Source of the DNA: a virus | Taxonomy: Duplodnaviria; Heunggongvirae; Uroviricota; Caudoviricetes | Direction: 5' to 3' (one strand) | IMG/VR virus record: IMGVR_UViG_3300020451_002055 | Length of the DNA: 64,000 nucleotides | In this document: piece by piece, positions 21,497 through 31,754 of the stretch | Position numbering within the stretch: position 1 is the first letter of the stretch | How the letters are laid out: each line of letters opens with the position of its first letter | Position numbers and translations under genes: made by a program | Notes under the pieces: model-generated | What the model was told of the DNA's origin: nothing | Seen by the model: the letters and a program-made list of their open reading frames with translations, nothing else | Databases searched by the model: none

Positions 21497-22965
21497 GATA
21501 AGTCAACCTCAGTAAATGTGGCATTGTCGTAAACGATGATCTTAGTCGAGTTTCTCAGAATGATGTAGAGTAAGGCGTCATCAGAGTATAGCTTTTCGAT
21601 AGGAGCATTGAAGGTTTGAATTAGATTGACAGCGGCTTCATCATAGCGGTAAAGCATGCCGCCAACCGTTCCAATGTATAGATTATCGCTGTAGTTCTCC
21701 ATGCTTATGACCTCGGATTGACTCTCCTCTAACTCGATGACAGGAGCAGGACCAAGCCCTGAATCTCGATAAATCAAAGCTCTTCCATCGTCTGTAGCAA
21801 CAGCTATATATACGGTATCGGTCAGCAGAGCGAGAGCGTTGATATCTTCGTTCGTTCTCAGTATGAGAGAAGCTCCGCTGTTATCGATACGATAAAGGCC
21901 GGGTTGACTTTCATTGATAGCTGCCCAAACGACATCTCCTGTAGCAGTTCTCTGAAGAACGATGTCGGAAATAATCGAGTTGTCTCTTTCGAAACCCACT
22001 CTAAAGGGTCTCTGAATCTCAGAAGTCCTATTGCCTCCGTAGTCTTGAAACAAGACTTTGAGAACCTTGTCTCCATCGCCTTCATCAAACGTGTAATACT
22101 TGATCTCGGCGAATGCCTCTGCAGGACGATCTATGTCCTCGCCTTCGCCCTCTGAGGTATTAGTCCGCTCGATGAAGCGCATAGCATGGATGCCGGTGGT
22201 TTCATCAAATGCGAACAGCTTGACAGTAACGTCTTCTTCGCGAGTAAACTGGTCTGCATTGTTGATCTGAACAAAACCGGTAGGAGGCTTAGTGTCAATC
22301 AAGAAAAAACCCTCATTGAAGATGGATACATTCTCAATATTGGTCTCTTGAGACTTATTGCCATCATCATCCGCCAGATAGGTAACAATGACGTAATCAT
22401 CTGCTGGCGGCAAAGAAGAGGTATCCCATATGATAGGTCCAGTGCCCGGAGGGATACCCTGAGCAACAGGAGTATATGGAACGCCCGCCTTGTTAGACCT
22501 GAAGTATATGTAATACTTTGCCCTCTGACCAAATGTATTTAGAATAGCAGAGTCATCAAAACTGATCTCAACTGAACTGCCATATCGGGCTCCCGGCAGA
22601 GGAGACAAGACAGCAGGAGCAGGTGGTTGTTCTCTTCTAAGAGAAAACAGGTCAGCGGATACTGAAAACTCGCTTCTCTCTCCTCTGATGTTGACCGACC
22701 TGATAGCAACTTTGCATCGCTGACTTTTAATGCTGTTGCCTATTTTCCAGTTGAAGAAGTTATTACCAGCAGGCAATACTGCAATCTTTTTCCAATCTGG
22801 TTCATCAAGCTGATCATAAAACTCGCTGTAGAACACTTCATACCAAACCTGCGTCAGATCATTGGAGGGCTGCAGAGGCTCTTCCCATTCGATCTTGATC
22901 ACGCGGCCAATAATGTCTTCGCGGCCGTTTGGGTATAGGAGTGTTGGTTTATTAGGTCTTGCCAT
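21493..22965 (-). CDS. Virion structural protein with FN3/Ig-like domains and a C-terminal beta-propeller
   Basis: 490 aa. 'PNKPTLLYPNG...IEWE', 'DTKPPTGFVQINN...VLFQDYGGN', 'LYIGTVGGMLYRYD'. Confidence 0.65.
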   Translation of the reverse strand: MARPNKPTLLYPNGREDIIGRVIKIEWEEPLQPSNDLTQVWYEVFYSEFYDQLDEPDWKKIAVLPAGNNFFNWKIGNSIKSQRCKVAIRSVNIRGERSEFSVSADLFSLRREQPPAPAVLSPLPGARYGSSVEISFDDSAILNTFGQRAKYYIYFRSNKAGVPYTPVAQGIPPGTGPIIWDTSSLPPADDYVIVTYLADDDGNKSQETNIENVSIFNEGFFLIDTKPPTGFVQINNADQFTREEDVTVKLFAFDETTGIHAMRFIERTNTSEGEGEDIDRPAEAFAEIKYYTFDEGDGDKVLKVLFQDYGGNRTSEIQRPFRVGFERDNSIISDIVLQRTATGDVVWAAINESQPGLYRIDNSGASLILRTNEDINALALLTDTVYIAVATDDGRALIYRDSGLGPAPVIELEESQSEVISMENYSDNLYIGTVGGMLYRYDEAAVNLIQTFNAPIEKLYSDDALLYIILRNSTKIIVYDNATFTEVDLS

Positions 22966-22968
22966 TTA

Positions 22969-25900
22969 TTATTCCTCAGGAGGCGTCTCAAGAGGACCGT
23001 CGCCGCCGCCTGCCCATTGGCTATTGCCTCCGGTTTCGCCGATGTCTTCCTTGCCCCTATTATCGACGCCAAACCTGTTCTTCTTGTAGTATGCAGGATT
23101 TCCGAATGATCCTCTGACATCATCCTCGCTATAGTTCTCAATAAAGAGATCGAGGTTGTTGAGAATGGAAATGCTCTGATCCAAGTTTTGCGGAGACAAG
23201 AGACGTAAGAGCCTTTCGTTCTGATCAGCAACCGAAATTGGATTGCATTGACCCGGAACGCTGATCAAGATAACCGCCAGACCGTCAACATTGACAACGG
23301 TATCGTCTTCCTCAACGATAAATGAACCGGAATAAATGCCATCCGATTGCTTCGTAAGCGGAAGATTTAGCTGGTCATTCAGCCCTTGCTGGTAGACGCT
23401 AAAAGTCAGACCGGAAAGAGATGAGTATCTATCAAGGGAACGAACTCGCTCTAGAAGTTCAAGCCTTTCCGGGTCATCAAAGGTGACTCGGAGATAGATA
23501 GTATTCTGATCTTCCTCTGCAACCTCCTCTGAGATGGACTGTAAATTCTCGTCGGTGATTCGAGTTGCAGTCTCCTTGTTTCCAAGAACCGGGTAACTAT
23601 TGTATGAAGCAACTGGGTTCTCAAAAGCTTCATCATAGAAGAAGTCGATCTTATATCGAAGCTGCTTATAGATAGCCTGGAACTCAATGCAGAACTGCTC
23701 CGTCTTGCCAAAGTAAGTAAGAATCTCGCAACAAACCCTTTTGGTCCCATTGCCTTCCGAAGCAATCCATGGAGCTATGAAGCGGTCTTTCGATATGAAG
23801 TATCCTCGGAAGAAGTCTCGCTCGGCAGCAGTACCGTCAGTATCGGTGCGCTGTTCTGGAAGGTTTGGGCCAATAGGTAGCCATTCGGTGAAATCATCAT
23901 CTTCTTCGTTCTTGAGACGGTAAGCGTAGGTGCCTGGAACTCCGATGATATCAAGCTCGATGAAACAGTCGTTGACAACCGGTATTGGGCTGTCGATATC
24001 AAGGTAGGTCGAGTATACGACATACTCATCTCTGACTCTCATCTTCTGATACTGCTCGATGTCCCGCTCCGGACCGGCGGTTACATAGTAGAACGTCTCG
24101 TCCGTGCCATCAGTGAACATGCATGGAACAATAAGGTCTGGATTGAAAGCTTCGTAAGCACAACCAATACTGCATCCTTGATGGTAGACCTTGGTTCCGT
24201 CATGAAATGCGGTATTGATGTTCTGGAACGGGTCAATGAATACCGTAGCATCATGAAGGACAAGGTTTGTCAGATCAGGCTGATCTGCGTCTGCCGATTC
24301 TGCGAAGTACGTCATTCGTCGATCGTAGCTGCCTTGAGCAGACGAGTAGAACTTGTCTTCAGCAGCATTGTAAACGCCAAAGAAGTAGTCCGGAGAAAGA
24401 GCAGGCTGATCTGACTGCATGCGGGTAAAGCGATAGTCTTGCCATGAGATGTAGAACAGGTCGTTCCTAGCGGCATCTACCCTTGCATTGATCGCCTCTC
24501 TATCGGTTTGCGTTATGCGATAGTCGTCAAAGCCCTGACCACTGCAAAGCCAACTCATAGAGTCCTTATCTTCTCGCCAAATATCCGCATCCGTCTGACT
24601 GCATGGGCAAAGGAACGAGCCTTCTCGGATTGTAGTAAACGCTCCCTCGTAGAATCGCTCGATCTTGTAGTAATAGTTGACACCGCAAAGCAATGGCTTC
24701 TTGAATACAGGATTAGCATTAGCATCTGCTGGCAATACAGCAACAGAAGAGAGGTAAGACTTGTCTGCCTCTGAGTAGAAGTCTGCCGCAATGCGTATGG
24801 TCTCAAGGTCGCCCAAGACCGTTCGGAAATCGGTTTCGGTAGCAGCAGAAAAGCCTCCGCCGCCTGCAGGTTCATATGTCCAGTTTGAAGTGCCCGCCTG
24901 AAGGGGCAGAGAGAACTGAGTGTATGAACTGTTGCGATCCGGCCTGCTGGACGCAGTATAGCGAAGCGTTGCTCCGCCATTAGCCTCTAGATCAACGATT
25001 AGGTTCTGAGAGCCAGCAGAAGGACTATAACCGACATCGAGTCTCATCGATATTTCGAGCTTGCCTCCGTAATGGCCTTCGAGATCTCCGGAGAACTTTG
25101 GCGGAGCAACAAACCATGCGTCGGAAGGAAGGCTATCAACATAGCTCAAAGCTCCGTTACCATTGTCGTTTTCCCATGTAGCCTGAACCGTGCCAGAGGC
25201 GTCTTCGACTTGCCAATCATCGGCCCCAAAGGTAAAGAAGCTTGATATCGAGCGCCTATTGTCCTGAGCGCCCTGATCCTCGAACTTCTCAAATGGCAAA
25301 ACTTCCGGGTCGAAACCAATGGTGATTGTATCGTTCTCGGTGACATCTACGCCATCTGCGGGAAAACCATTCGGGCCAAAAACCCAACCGTCTGTATCGA
25401 ATAGCGTAAAAGCAGAGTAGATTGTAGACTCCATATCGCTATCTGCGAAGAACGAAATACGGAAATGAAGATCATTCTGAGTCAGGTCGTTGTTGTTGAA
25501 GTAATCTGTCTCGATAGCGCATCGAGGCGACTGCTCAAACGGGCAATGGTAAACGAAGTCTGACGATCCGCTAACTTCGGCTAGCGGAGCAACAACAACC
25601 CTAATCGAGTCGATGAGGTTACCAGAAACCGCCATAGTTCCGGAGATAGTTCTTCTATCCGCGGAAATTCTTAGAACGTCAGTCTCGCTATCAAGTCCGC
25701 CAGTGGAAGCATCAGTAGCATAAGTTATGTCGTCTCTGCCGAGAGTTGGGTTTGTTTCGGAAAGAGATGAGTTACCTGCATAGATTGCCAAGATCGGCCC
25801 CTCGAAAGTAATCGAGAAGTCGCCCGTGCCGCCAGAGGTTGTTGGATCATACTGCAGGTAATAAGAAGCAACGATCTCACCCTCCTCAAAACCTTGCAAT

Positions 25901-28900
25901 ATACCAGAACCTCCAATTGCAAAGTCCGGAGTGCTTTCAGACTGCCCTATAGTGTCAAGAATATCAGAAGCATTTAGAGCAACCTGAGCGAACTCAGCCT
26001 CCTTGAGCGATTCCTTGAAGAAAATAACGCTGTCATTCTCGTAATCGCCAGCTTCAATGCTTGTCCCGAAAGGAGGAGTGACGGATACCGCGTCCTCAAA
26101 CGAGGCAACATCTGCTTCATTGACTTCAACGCTCTCGTAAACAACATCTACATAGTAGATGCGGTCGTCAAGACCATCGTCATCAGAAACAGTGTAAGAC
26201 ACAGAGATCGTCTCTCCTATGGGAACGAAAATTCCGTCAGCGTTCATCTGAGCGCCATTGACCTTCCATCCTAGAATGCTCTCTCTTGAATCAATAGATT
26301 CAGCCAGCATAGTCTTATCTCTGTCAGAATAGAAGTTCAATACGAAGTAGAACGTGCCTGAGCTTTCTGCCTCAAAGCTGAACTCAACTCCGCATGTTAA
26401 GGCATCAGGAACAGAATCAAGATATGGATCATATGGATCAAGGTCTTCTTCTCTCTGATATCTAAACTCATTTGCCTCATCAATACGGCACTGATTGATG
26501 TACATAGGGTCTTCTATGCTGTTCAAAGCAGCGTATATCTGATGATATCTACCTCTGCGGTTATCATGCCATGCAACAACCCTGCGCCCCTTCTTGTCAA
26601 CTCCAATAGAAGGCTCAAGGCTATTGCCCGTTGAGTTTGTTATTCTAGTTTCAAACCTAAAGGGAGTTGATCTATTTCGCATACCAGCATAGTAGATTTC
26701 CCAGTATTCATCTCTGTTCGACTGCCATACAATATGGGCCTTACCCATGGTATCAACAGCCAAATCAGGATTGCGATTCTGGTTCTCGGTAGATAGCGTT
26801 ATAGGGAGTCTAGTTATATCCCCGAAGGTAGAAAGCTGGAAGTTGATTGCATATTCATCAGAAGAGACAAGTATCTCATCATTAGCATTCTGAGAAACGA
26901 GTTCATTCGGTATCCTAGATACCTGATACACTCGAACTGCATCGATAATGGGAGCGAAATCCTTGAACGGAGACTGACTATCGGATACGTTTTGGAATCG
27001 TATCGTAGTCGATGTGGACGACGCAGTAAACTTGACGACATATGTAGTCCAGTTAGGCTCGGTCTCCCCAACTCGAATCGTTGTTTCGAAAGTCTCATCT
27101 GCTGCGGCTGCAGTTACTCGAACCTTTCGAGTAACATCAACGCCCAAAGTCTGGGAAGCGTCAGGATTGCTCGACAAAACGAAAGATATGGAATACTCTT
27201 CTCCTACCTCAGTTGCCAACGTCTGCTCTATAAAACCGAGATTGGAGTCATCAACGCCTGTCAGTCCGACCGAATAATCTCCGATGAAGGAGACAGATCC
27301 AGCCGGAGCATAACCTACGCCGATCTCGTTTCCGATAACCCAAGGGGAAATAGACTCATCGCCCGGCACCAGACTGACAGAGGCCTGAACCGGTAGCGTA
27401 TTCGACTCAAAGTCTCCGTTGAGGAGAATATCATTGATCGTTTCAGGAACAACCATTTGAGCAGTCGTTCTATCATGAGCGGAAAGATTGATATATGCTG
27501 TGTTCGCCTGAATAGAATGAGGCCCGATAGCAGCATTCTCATACTTGAGAAGAAGCGGTCTATCATCATACTCATTACCGTTAAAGGGCAACTGCTCTTG
27601 AGTCAAGAAGACATTGTTGTCCGGCCAGCCTAGACCTATATCAAATGCTCTATACTGATCTGAAAAGTCAGCAATGAAGTTCTCGCCGAGTTTTATCTCA
27701 TTGTCAACCGTAACTATGATATCGCCATGGAACCTGGAGTTTTGTTCCGAAGCATAAGGGTTGATAGCGAGTCGCCCATCAATGTAGTCTTGGTTTGCCT
27801 TACTGTAATGAATGGCAACCTTGATGTTCTTGGCTTCCTCAAAATCGATTGGATCGCCGAACTGTCTGAGCAAATGATACTTCTTGTTCGCAGCATCACC
27901 GGTTGATTCATCTTCAGATGTAGCCAAGACTAGAGCAAACTTATAGCGACCAGTATATACTACTTCCTCAATCTCTCGGATGTAGGTGTCAGCGCTTCCT
28001 GTAGTAAGCTCGTTCCTCTCCAAATATCCGAATAGCGGGTCTACATTCAAGGCCTTGAATCGAATTTTTTCTGGCATCAAGGCAATCATGAAGTGATTGA
28101 GGTTGCGACCAGAGTTGGCTACAACAGCATCGATATCTTCGGCTGATACAAACTCTGCAGCTTCGGTATGAGTTACATGGCGAGCATCGGTTCCTCCAGA
28201 TTCAGAAGAGCCGCTGAAGTCGCCGAACTTGTAAGCTCCCACAACTGGAATGATCTTGTCGTAGAAGGCATCGTACCTGTCAAGCGTAAAGACATTGAGA
28301 TTCTTGACATATGTATCATTGACCGACTTAGAGAACTGACTCTTGAAGTCTCGGAAACGCTTGTCAATGTCTGCCTCGTCCAGTCGAGGATAAGCCGTAT
28401 CATTGAGCGAGGTTACAGATAGATCGAATGAGACCTGATAGCTTAGCTGAGAAAACAGCCCATCGAACTCAACATCGCTCTGATCCTTGTCAAGACGATA
28501 GACAGCCATAGCCGCCCCATCTGCAGGAGAACCCTCGATGCCGACTGTGCTTGAGCCGCTAAGAGAGCAACCGGCTGTTCCGGCCAAGAACCTCGTCCAT
28601 CCGGTCTGCAAAGCGGTAGGCTGAGTGAACCGGACAAGAGAACTGGCGAAGTCGTCTCGCAACTGCTGCTTCTCAAGAGCGGATACAAAAACCTGATTCG
28701 AAACGATCTTCGATCCGGGACCAAGGATACTGTAGTATATCTGCGTGGGACCGCCGTTGCGGTCTGACTCCCATACAAGATGCAGATTGCCCATGCTATC
28801 GCATTCTGCTCTTGCGTTTTTGTTCTCTCCCTCGAAGGTGATCTGCTTCCATTCGAGATCGCTATCGACGTTTCCAAGCGAGAAACCAAAGTAGAATAGC

Positions 28901-30660
28901 TGGTAAACTCCGTTTACCGGAGCCTGACAGATAGCGTAACAATAGGAAGAACCATTAGTCCTGTCCGGAACCGCTGCTATAGTCGGATTGACAGCAGGAA
29001 GCTCTCTCTGGAATGGGTCTTTGATATATGGCAAAGGATTGACGTTCGACAACCCCTCATCAGAGGGAGAACTGCTTGATACGATAACGAACTCTTGGCA
29101 GTAGAGCGTCTCTGCTACTCTTGGTCCAATCCCATTGTTGACGCCTTCAGGAACCTCAATACGCAGAATAGAAGGGACCGTCCTACCGACAACGCCGTAG
29201 GTCTGCGATCCAAGTTGAGGGCTCAAGAAAACAATGGTCGAACCGGCGTCATCGAGAGCGGCATCATTAGAGACAAGTATCTCTAGCGTCTTGTTACTGT
29301 TTAGTTGAACGCTTGCGACCGCATTTCCTGTTGAGTTAGAACGAATCGAGAAGCGATTCTCTGAAAAGACATCAATACGGTTGCCCGTAGTGAATACTTC
29401 GATGTCATTGTCAACAAGAAGCTCAGATTCCCTTATTCGCGAAACAAGAGTCGAAATGATCGACCCCGAATCGACGCCATGCTCATAACGTATCTCAGTA
29501 AACTCGCCCGTAGAGAGGCGGAAAATGAGACCGACAAAACCTTCGGAACCATCTTCTTCTAGCGTGAAGCTATGGTAAAACTGAGGAGGCTCAAGAATGG
29601 TGCCCGTGCGGACCGGGTTGCCATCAAACTTGAGGGTAGATGGGGCATGGGCAACATAGATACGACTCGCCAGAGTCGGAACCGTCGTCAGATCCGCATC
29701 GACAGACGGATCAAAGGCTGAAGAAAAAGCGACAAGACCCGTTCCATTGGGAAGCAGAGTCGAGTCAAGGCTGTTGAATATTCGACAGATACCATCCTCA
29801 GTAACGGGAGCGACTGAGGCTTCGGTAATGGGTCCGCAGAAGCCAATGCGAGAGTTGACGTAGCCGGACTCGCTATCGAAGATAGTAGGCTCTCCAACGA
29901 CGGCTCCATCGAAGCAGAAATCATCGAGGGTGCGGAGTCTAAGGCCTGGCGGCGGATCTGGATCGAGGATGGCGCATTCAGGAGCATCCGGCTCGTTGGT
30001 CGCCTGCAGAACTCTCATAGTCTCCGGAACATAGTGAACGCTCGTTCCGGCTTCATATATCTGCTTAAAGCCGTCATCGTTCTTAGAGAACGTGATAGGG
30101 AACTTGTTCATCGATCCCGCGGAAAAAGGAGAACCGGACATCAGGTCGATGCCTCGGATATGCATCGTCCCGTAGCCCTTGCTGTTCGATCGGACGATGA
30201 AGCCCCTACCGTTGATCCAAACCTTGATACGGCTGTTCGGATCGGTCTCGACCTCGATGACGGCCTGATCCTCCGGTCCTACGAACGGCGGAGAAACAAC
30301 AACCTTGTCGCCGGAGGACGACGATCTTTCCGGTAGCTGAATTTGGAATGCGAATGCGGCAATGTCCCGAAGAGACCATGAATCGCCGTTTTGCTGCTCG
30401 ATGTTTGCATAGATAGAGACAACCTCGGTCTCTGAGTCTTCAGAGATGTTGAGATCGATGGTTCCCGATATCTCATCGGTACCCGGCTTGATCGTTACAT
30501 GCTGCGATGAGCCATCAACCTTGCAATCAAGGTTGTGCGTGATGTTCTCGAAGCTAACTCGCTGCAACTGATCTGACAAAAGGCCAGTCAGCTTGAAACT
30601 GATAGCCCTGGTATCTGATAGCTTAGCGCTTGCTGGTTGTAGTTTAAGGGTTGCTGACAC
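22969..30660 (-). CDS. Giant virion structural protein with DUF642-like carbohydrate-binding domain, laminin-B-like domain, beta-propeller blades and 'HFRISF' repeats
   Basis: 2563 aa. 'LLNGDFES...IEQTLATEVGEEYSISF...PIIDAVRV' (DUF642-like, ~26925-27440); 'WFVAPPKFSGDLEGHYGGKLEISMR' (laminin-B-like, ~24730-25250); 'PDLAVDTMGKAHIVWQSNR' blades. Confidence 0.75.
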   Translation of the reverse strand: MSATLKLQPASAKLSDTRAISFKLTGLLSDQLQRVSFENITHNLDCKVDGSSQHVTIKPGTDEISGTIDLNISEDSETEVVSIYANIEQQNGDSWSLRDIAAFAFQIQLPERSSSSGDKVVVSPPFVGPEDQAVIEVETDPNSRIKVWINGRGFIVRSNSKGYGTMHIRGIDLMSGSPFSAGSMNKFPITFSKNDDGFKQIYEAGTSVHYVPETMRVLQATNEPDAPECAILDPDPPPGLRLRTLDDFCFDGAVVGEPTIFDSESGYVNSRIGFCGPITEASVAPVTEDGICRIFNSLDSTLLPNGTGLVAFSSAFDPSVDADLTTVPTLASRIYVAHAPSTLKFDGNPVRTGTILEPPQFYHSFTLEEDGSEGFVGLIFRLSTGEFTEIRYEHGVDSGSIISTLVSRIRESELLVDNDIEVFTTGNRIDVFSENRFSIRSNSTGNAVASVQLNSNKTLEILVSNDAALDDAGSTIVFLSPQLGSQTYGVVGRTVPSILRIEVPEGVNNGIGPRVAETLYCQEFVIVSSSSPSDEGLSNVNPLPYIKDPFQRELPAVNPTIAAVPDRTNGSSYCYAICQAPVNGVYQLFYFGFSLGNVDSDLEWKQITFEGENKNARAECDSMGNLHLVWESDRNGGPTQIYYSILGPGSKIVSNQVFVSALEKQQLRDDFASSLVRFTQPTALQTGWTRFLAGTAGCSLSGSSTVGIEGSPADGAAMAVYRLDKDQSDVEFDGLFSQLSYQVSFDLSVTSLNDTAYPRLDEADIDKRFRDFKSQFSKSVNDTYVKNLNVFTLDRYDAFYDKIIPVVGAYKFGDFSGSSESGGTDARHVTHTEAAEFVSAEDIDAVVANSGRNLNHFMIALMPEKIRFKALNVDPLFGYLERNELTTGSADTYIREIEEVVYTGRYKFALVLATSEDESTGDAANKKYHLLRQFGDPIDFEEAKNIKVAIHYSKANQDYIDGRLAINPYASEQNSRFHGDIIVTVDNEIKLGENFIADFSDQYRAFDIGLGWPDNNVFLTQEQLPFNGNEYDDRPLLLKYENAAIGPHSIQANTAYINLSAHDRTTAQMVVPETINDILLNGDFESNTLPVQASVSLVPGDESISPWVIGNEIGVGYAPAGSVSFIGDYSVGLTGVDDSNLGFIEQTLATEVGEEYSISFVLSSNPDASQTLGVDVTRKVRVTAAAADETFETTIRVGETEPNWTTYVVKFTASSTSTTIRFQNVSDSQSPFKDFAPIIDAVRVYQVSRIPNELVSQNANDEILVSSDEYAINFQLSTFGDITRLPITLSTENQNRNPDLAVDTMGKAHIVWQSNRDEYWEIYYAGMRNRSTPFRFETRITNSTGNSLEPSIGVDKKGRRVVAWHDNRRGRYHQIYAALNSIEDPMYINQCRIDEANEFRYQREEDLDPYDPYLDSVPDALTCGVEFSFEAESSGTFYFVLNFYSDRDKTMLAESIDSRESILGWKVNGAQMNADGIFVPIGETISVSYTVSDDDGLDDRIYYVDVVYESVEVNEADVASFEDAVSVTPPFGTSIEAGDYENDSVIFFKESLKEAEFAQVALNASDILDTIGQSESTPDFAIGGSGILQGFEEGEIVASYYLQYDPTTSGGTGDFSITFEGPILAIYAGNSSLSETNPTLGRDDITYATDASTGGLDSETDVLRISADRRTISGTMAVSGNLIDSIRVVVAPLAEVSGSSDFVYHCPFEQSPRCAIETDYFNNNDLTQNDLHFRISFFADSDMESTIYSAFTLFDTDGWVFGPNGFPADGVDVTENDTITIGFDPEVLPFEKFEDQGAQDNRRSISSFFTFGADDWQVEDASGTVQATWENDNGNGALSYVDSLPSDAWFVAPPKFSGDLEGHYGGKLEISMRLDVGYSPSAGSQNLIVDLEANGGATLRYTASSRPDRNSSYTQFSLPLQAGTSNWTYEPAGGGGFSAATETDFRTVLGDLETIRIAADFYSEADKSYLSSVAVLPADANANPVFKKPLLCGVNYYYKIERFYEGAFTTIREGSFLCPCSQTDADIWREDKDSMSWLCSGQGFDDYRITQTDREAINARVDAARNDLFYISWQDYRFTRMQSDQPALSPDYFFGVYNAAEDKFYSSAQGSYDRRMTYFAESADADQPDLTNLVLHDATVFIDPFQNINTAFHDGTKVYHQGCSIGCAYEAFNPDLIVPCMFTDGTDETFYYVTAGPERDIEQYQKMRVRDEYVVYSTYLDIDSPIPVVNDCFIELDIIGVPGTYAYRLKNEEDDDFTEWLPIGPNLPEQRTDTDGTAAERDFFRGYFISKDRFIAPWIASEGNGTKRVCCEILTYFGKTEQFCIEFQAIYKQLRYKIDFFYDEAFENPVASYNSYPVLGNKETATRITDENLQSISEEVAEEDQNTIYLRVTFDDPERLELLERVRSLDRYSSLSGLTFSVYQQGLNDQLNLPLTKQSDGIYSGSFIVEEDDTVVNVDGLAVILISVPGQCNPISVADQNERLLRLLSPQNLDQSISILNNLDLFIENYSEDDVRGSFGNPAYYKKNRFGVDNRGKEDIGETGGNSQWAGGGDGPLETPPEE

Positions 30661-31744
30661 CGTAGACCTGCTCCATCATTTTGTCGAAGTATGAGACAAT
30701 CTGGTTGTAACCGAAACTGTTCTGAACGAGACTGCAGCCTCTCTCCGATTTGGCCTTTGCCGTATCATAATCATCGACCACTGACCTCATTGCCTTTGCT
30801 ATATCCTCAACTCTTAGTCGAGGCCATTTCTGAGCGGCGAACTGCGGGATATCATCCATCATGTCATGAAAGAGGAATCCGTCAGGTTCTATGAGCGTGC
30901 AAGTATCATTGCTTGCATACTCGGTGCAGCCCGAAAAGTTAGTAACGATGACAGGGACATTGACTGCCATAGACTGCAGAGGAGGAAGACCAAATCCCTC
31001 CCCTAGGGTTGGAGAGATCAAGCAATCCGCCGACTTGTAAAAGGAAGGCATGAGCGATTCGCTCAGTATCTTCTTTTCGAAATAAATGGGGGCTGATTCC
31101 TTCCCAATACTGGATAACTCGGATTCTACCTTTCTTTCGGCTTTGTCCGTCTTGTCTGTCTTGATGACCAGCTTTACATTGCTGTCCTTATCAAAGGCTT
31201 CTGCCCAAGCTCTTATGAGAAGATCCCAACCCTTCCGCTTTCTCCATGTCCCTACGAATAGAAACGTGAACTCGCTGTTCTTGTAGAGAGGGCTGACATT
31301 CTCATTCCAGATAGACAGATCGAGACAATGGGGGATGCGAACTATAGGGCGGTTTACTCCTCTGTTCGCGAAAATCTTGCAGTTGAACTCCGAAGGACAT
31401 ATAACCGCATCGTTCTGATTCAGCGTCGAGGCCCATCGAACAGGCGGCTTGAAGGTCTCGAAGGTTGCGTATCCGATGTTCTTGCGAAGACGGTTGTCCG
31501 CTACTCGACGCTGCATATCGGGTATCAGATGAAAAATCTGCACAGCGTTGGGGTTCTGCTCTTTATGAGCTAGAGCCTGCAACTTGCGATGAAGACTATC
31601 TGAGAATGATTCTTTGCCTATTGTATGGACGCAGTTCAGCCGGACATCGTAGCGGTCGGAAGCATCGAGCGCCAAGACATTCGCCAGAGCCGCTTGAGCG
31701 TAGCCCGTCTGATTCATAAAGCAGACGTAATCAATCGGAATCAT
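30644..31744 (-). CDS. Glycosyltransferase, GT-B fold (GT4-like)
   Basis: 'TGYAQAA', 'FTFLFVGTWRKRKGWDLLIRAW', 'ADCLISPTLGEGFGLPPLQSMA', 'PVIVTNFSG'. Likely start MIPIDY at 31744. Confidence 0.9.
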   Translation of the reverse strand: MIPIDYVCFMNQTGYAQAALANVLALDASDRYDVRLNCVHTIGKESFSDSLHRKLQALAHKEQNPNAVQIFHLIPDMQRRVADNRLRKNIGYATFETFKPPVRWASTLNQNDAVICPSEFNCKIFANRGVNRPIVRIPHCLDLSIWNENVSPLYKNSEFTFLFVGTWRKRKGWDLLIRAWAEAFDKDSNVKLVIKTDKTDKAERKVESELSSIGKESAPIYFEKKILSESLMPSFYKSADCLISPTLGEGFGLPPLQSMAVNVPVIVTNFSGCTEYASNDTCTLIEPDGFLFHDMMDDIPQFAAQKWPRLRVEDIAKAMRSVVDDYDTAKAKSERGCSLVQNSFGYNQIVSYFDKMMEQVYGVSNP

Positions 31745-31754
31745 CTTGGCCCCG

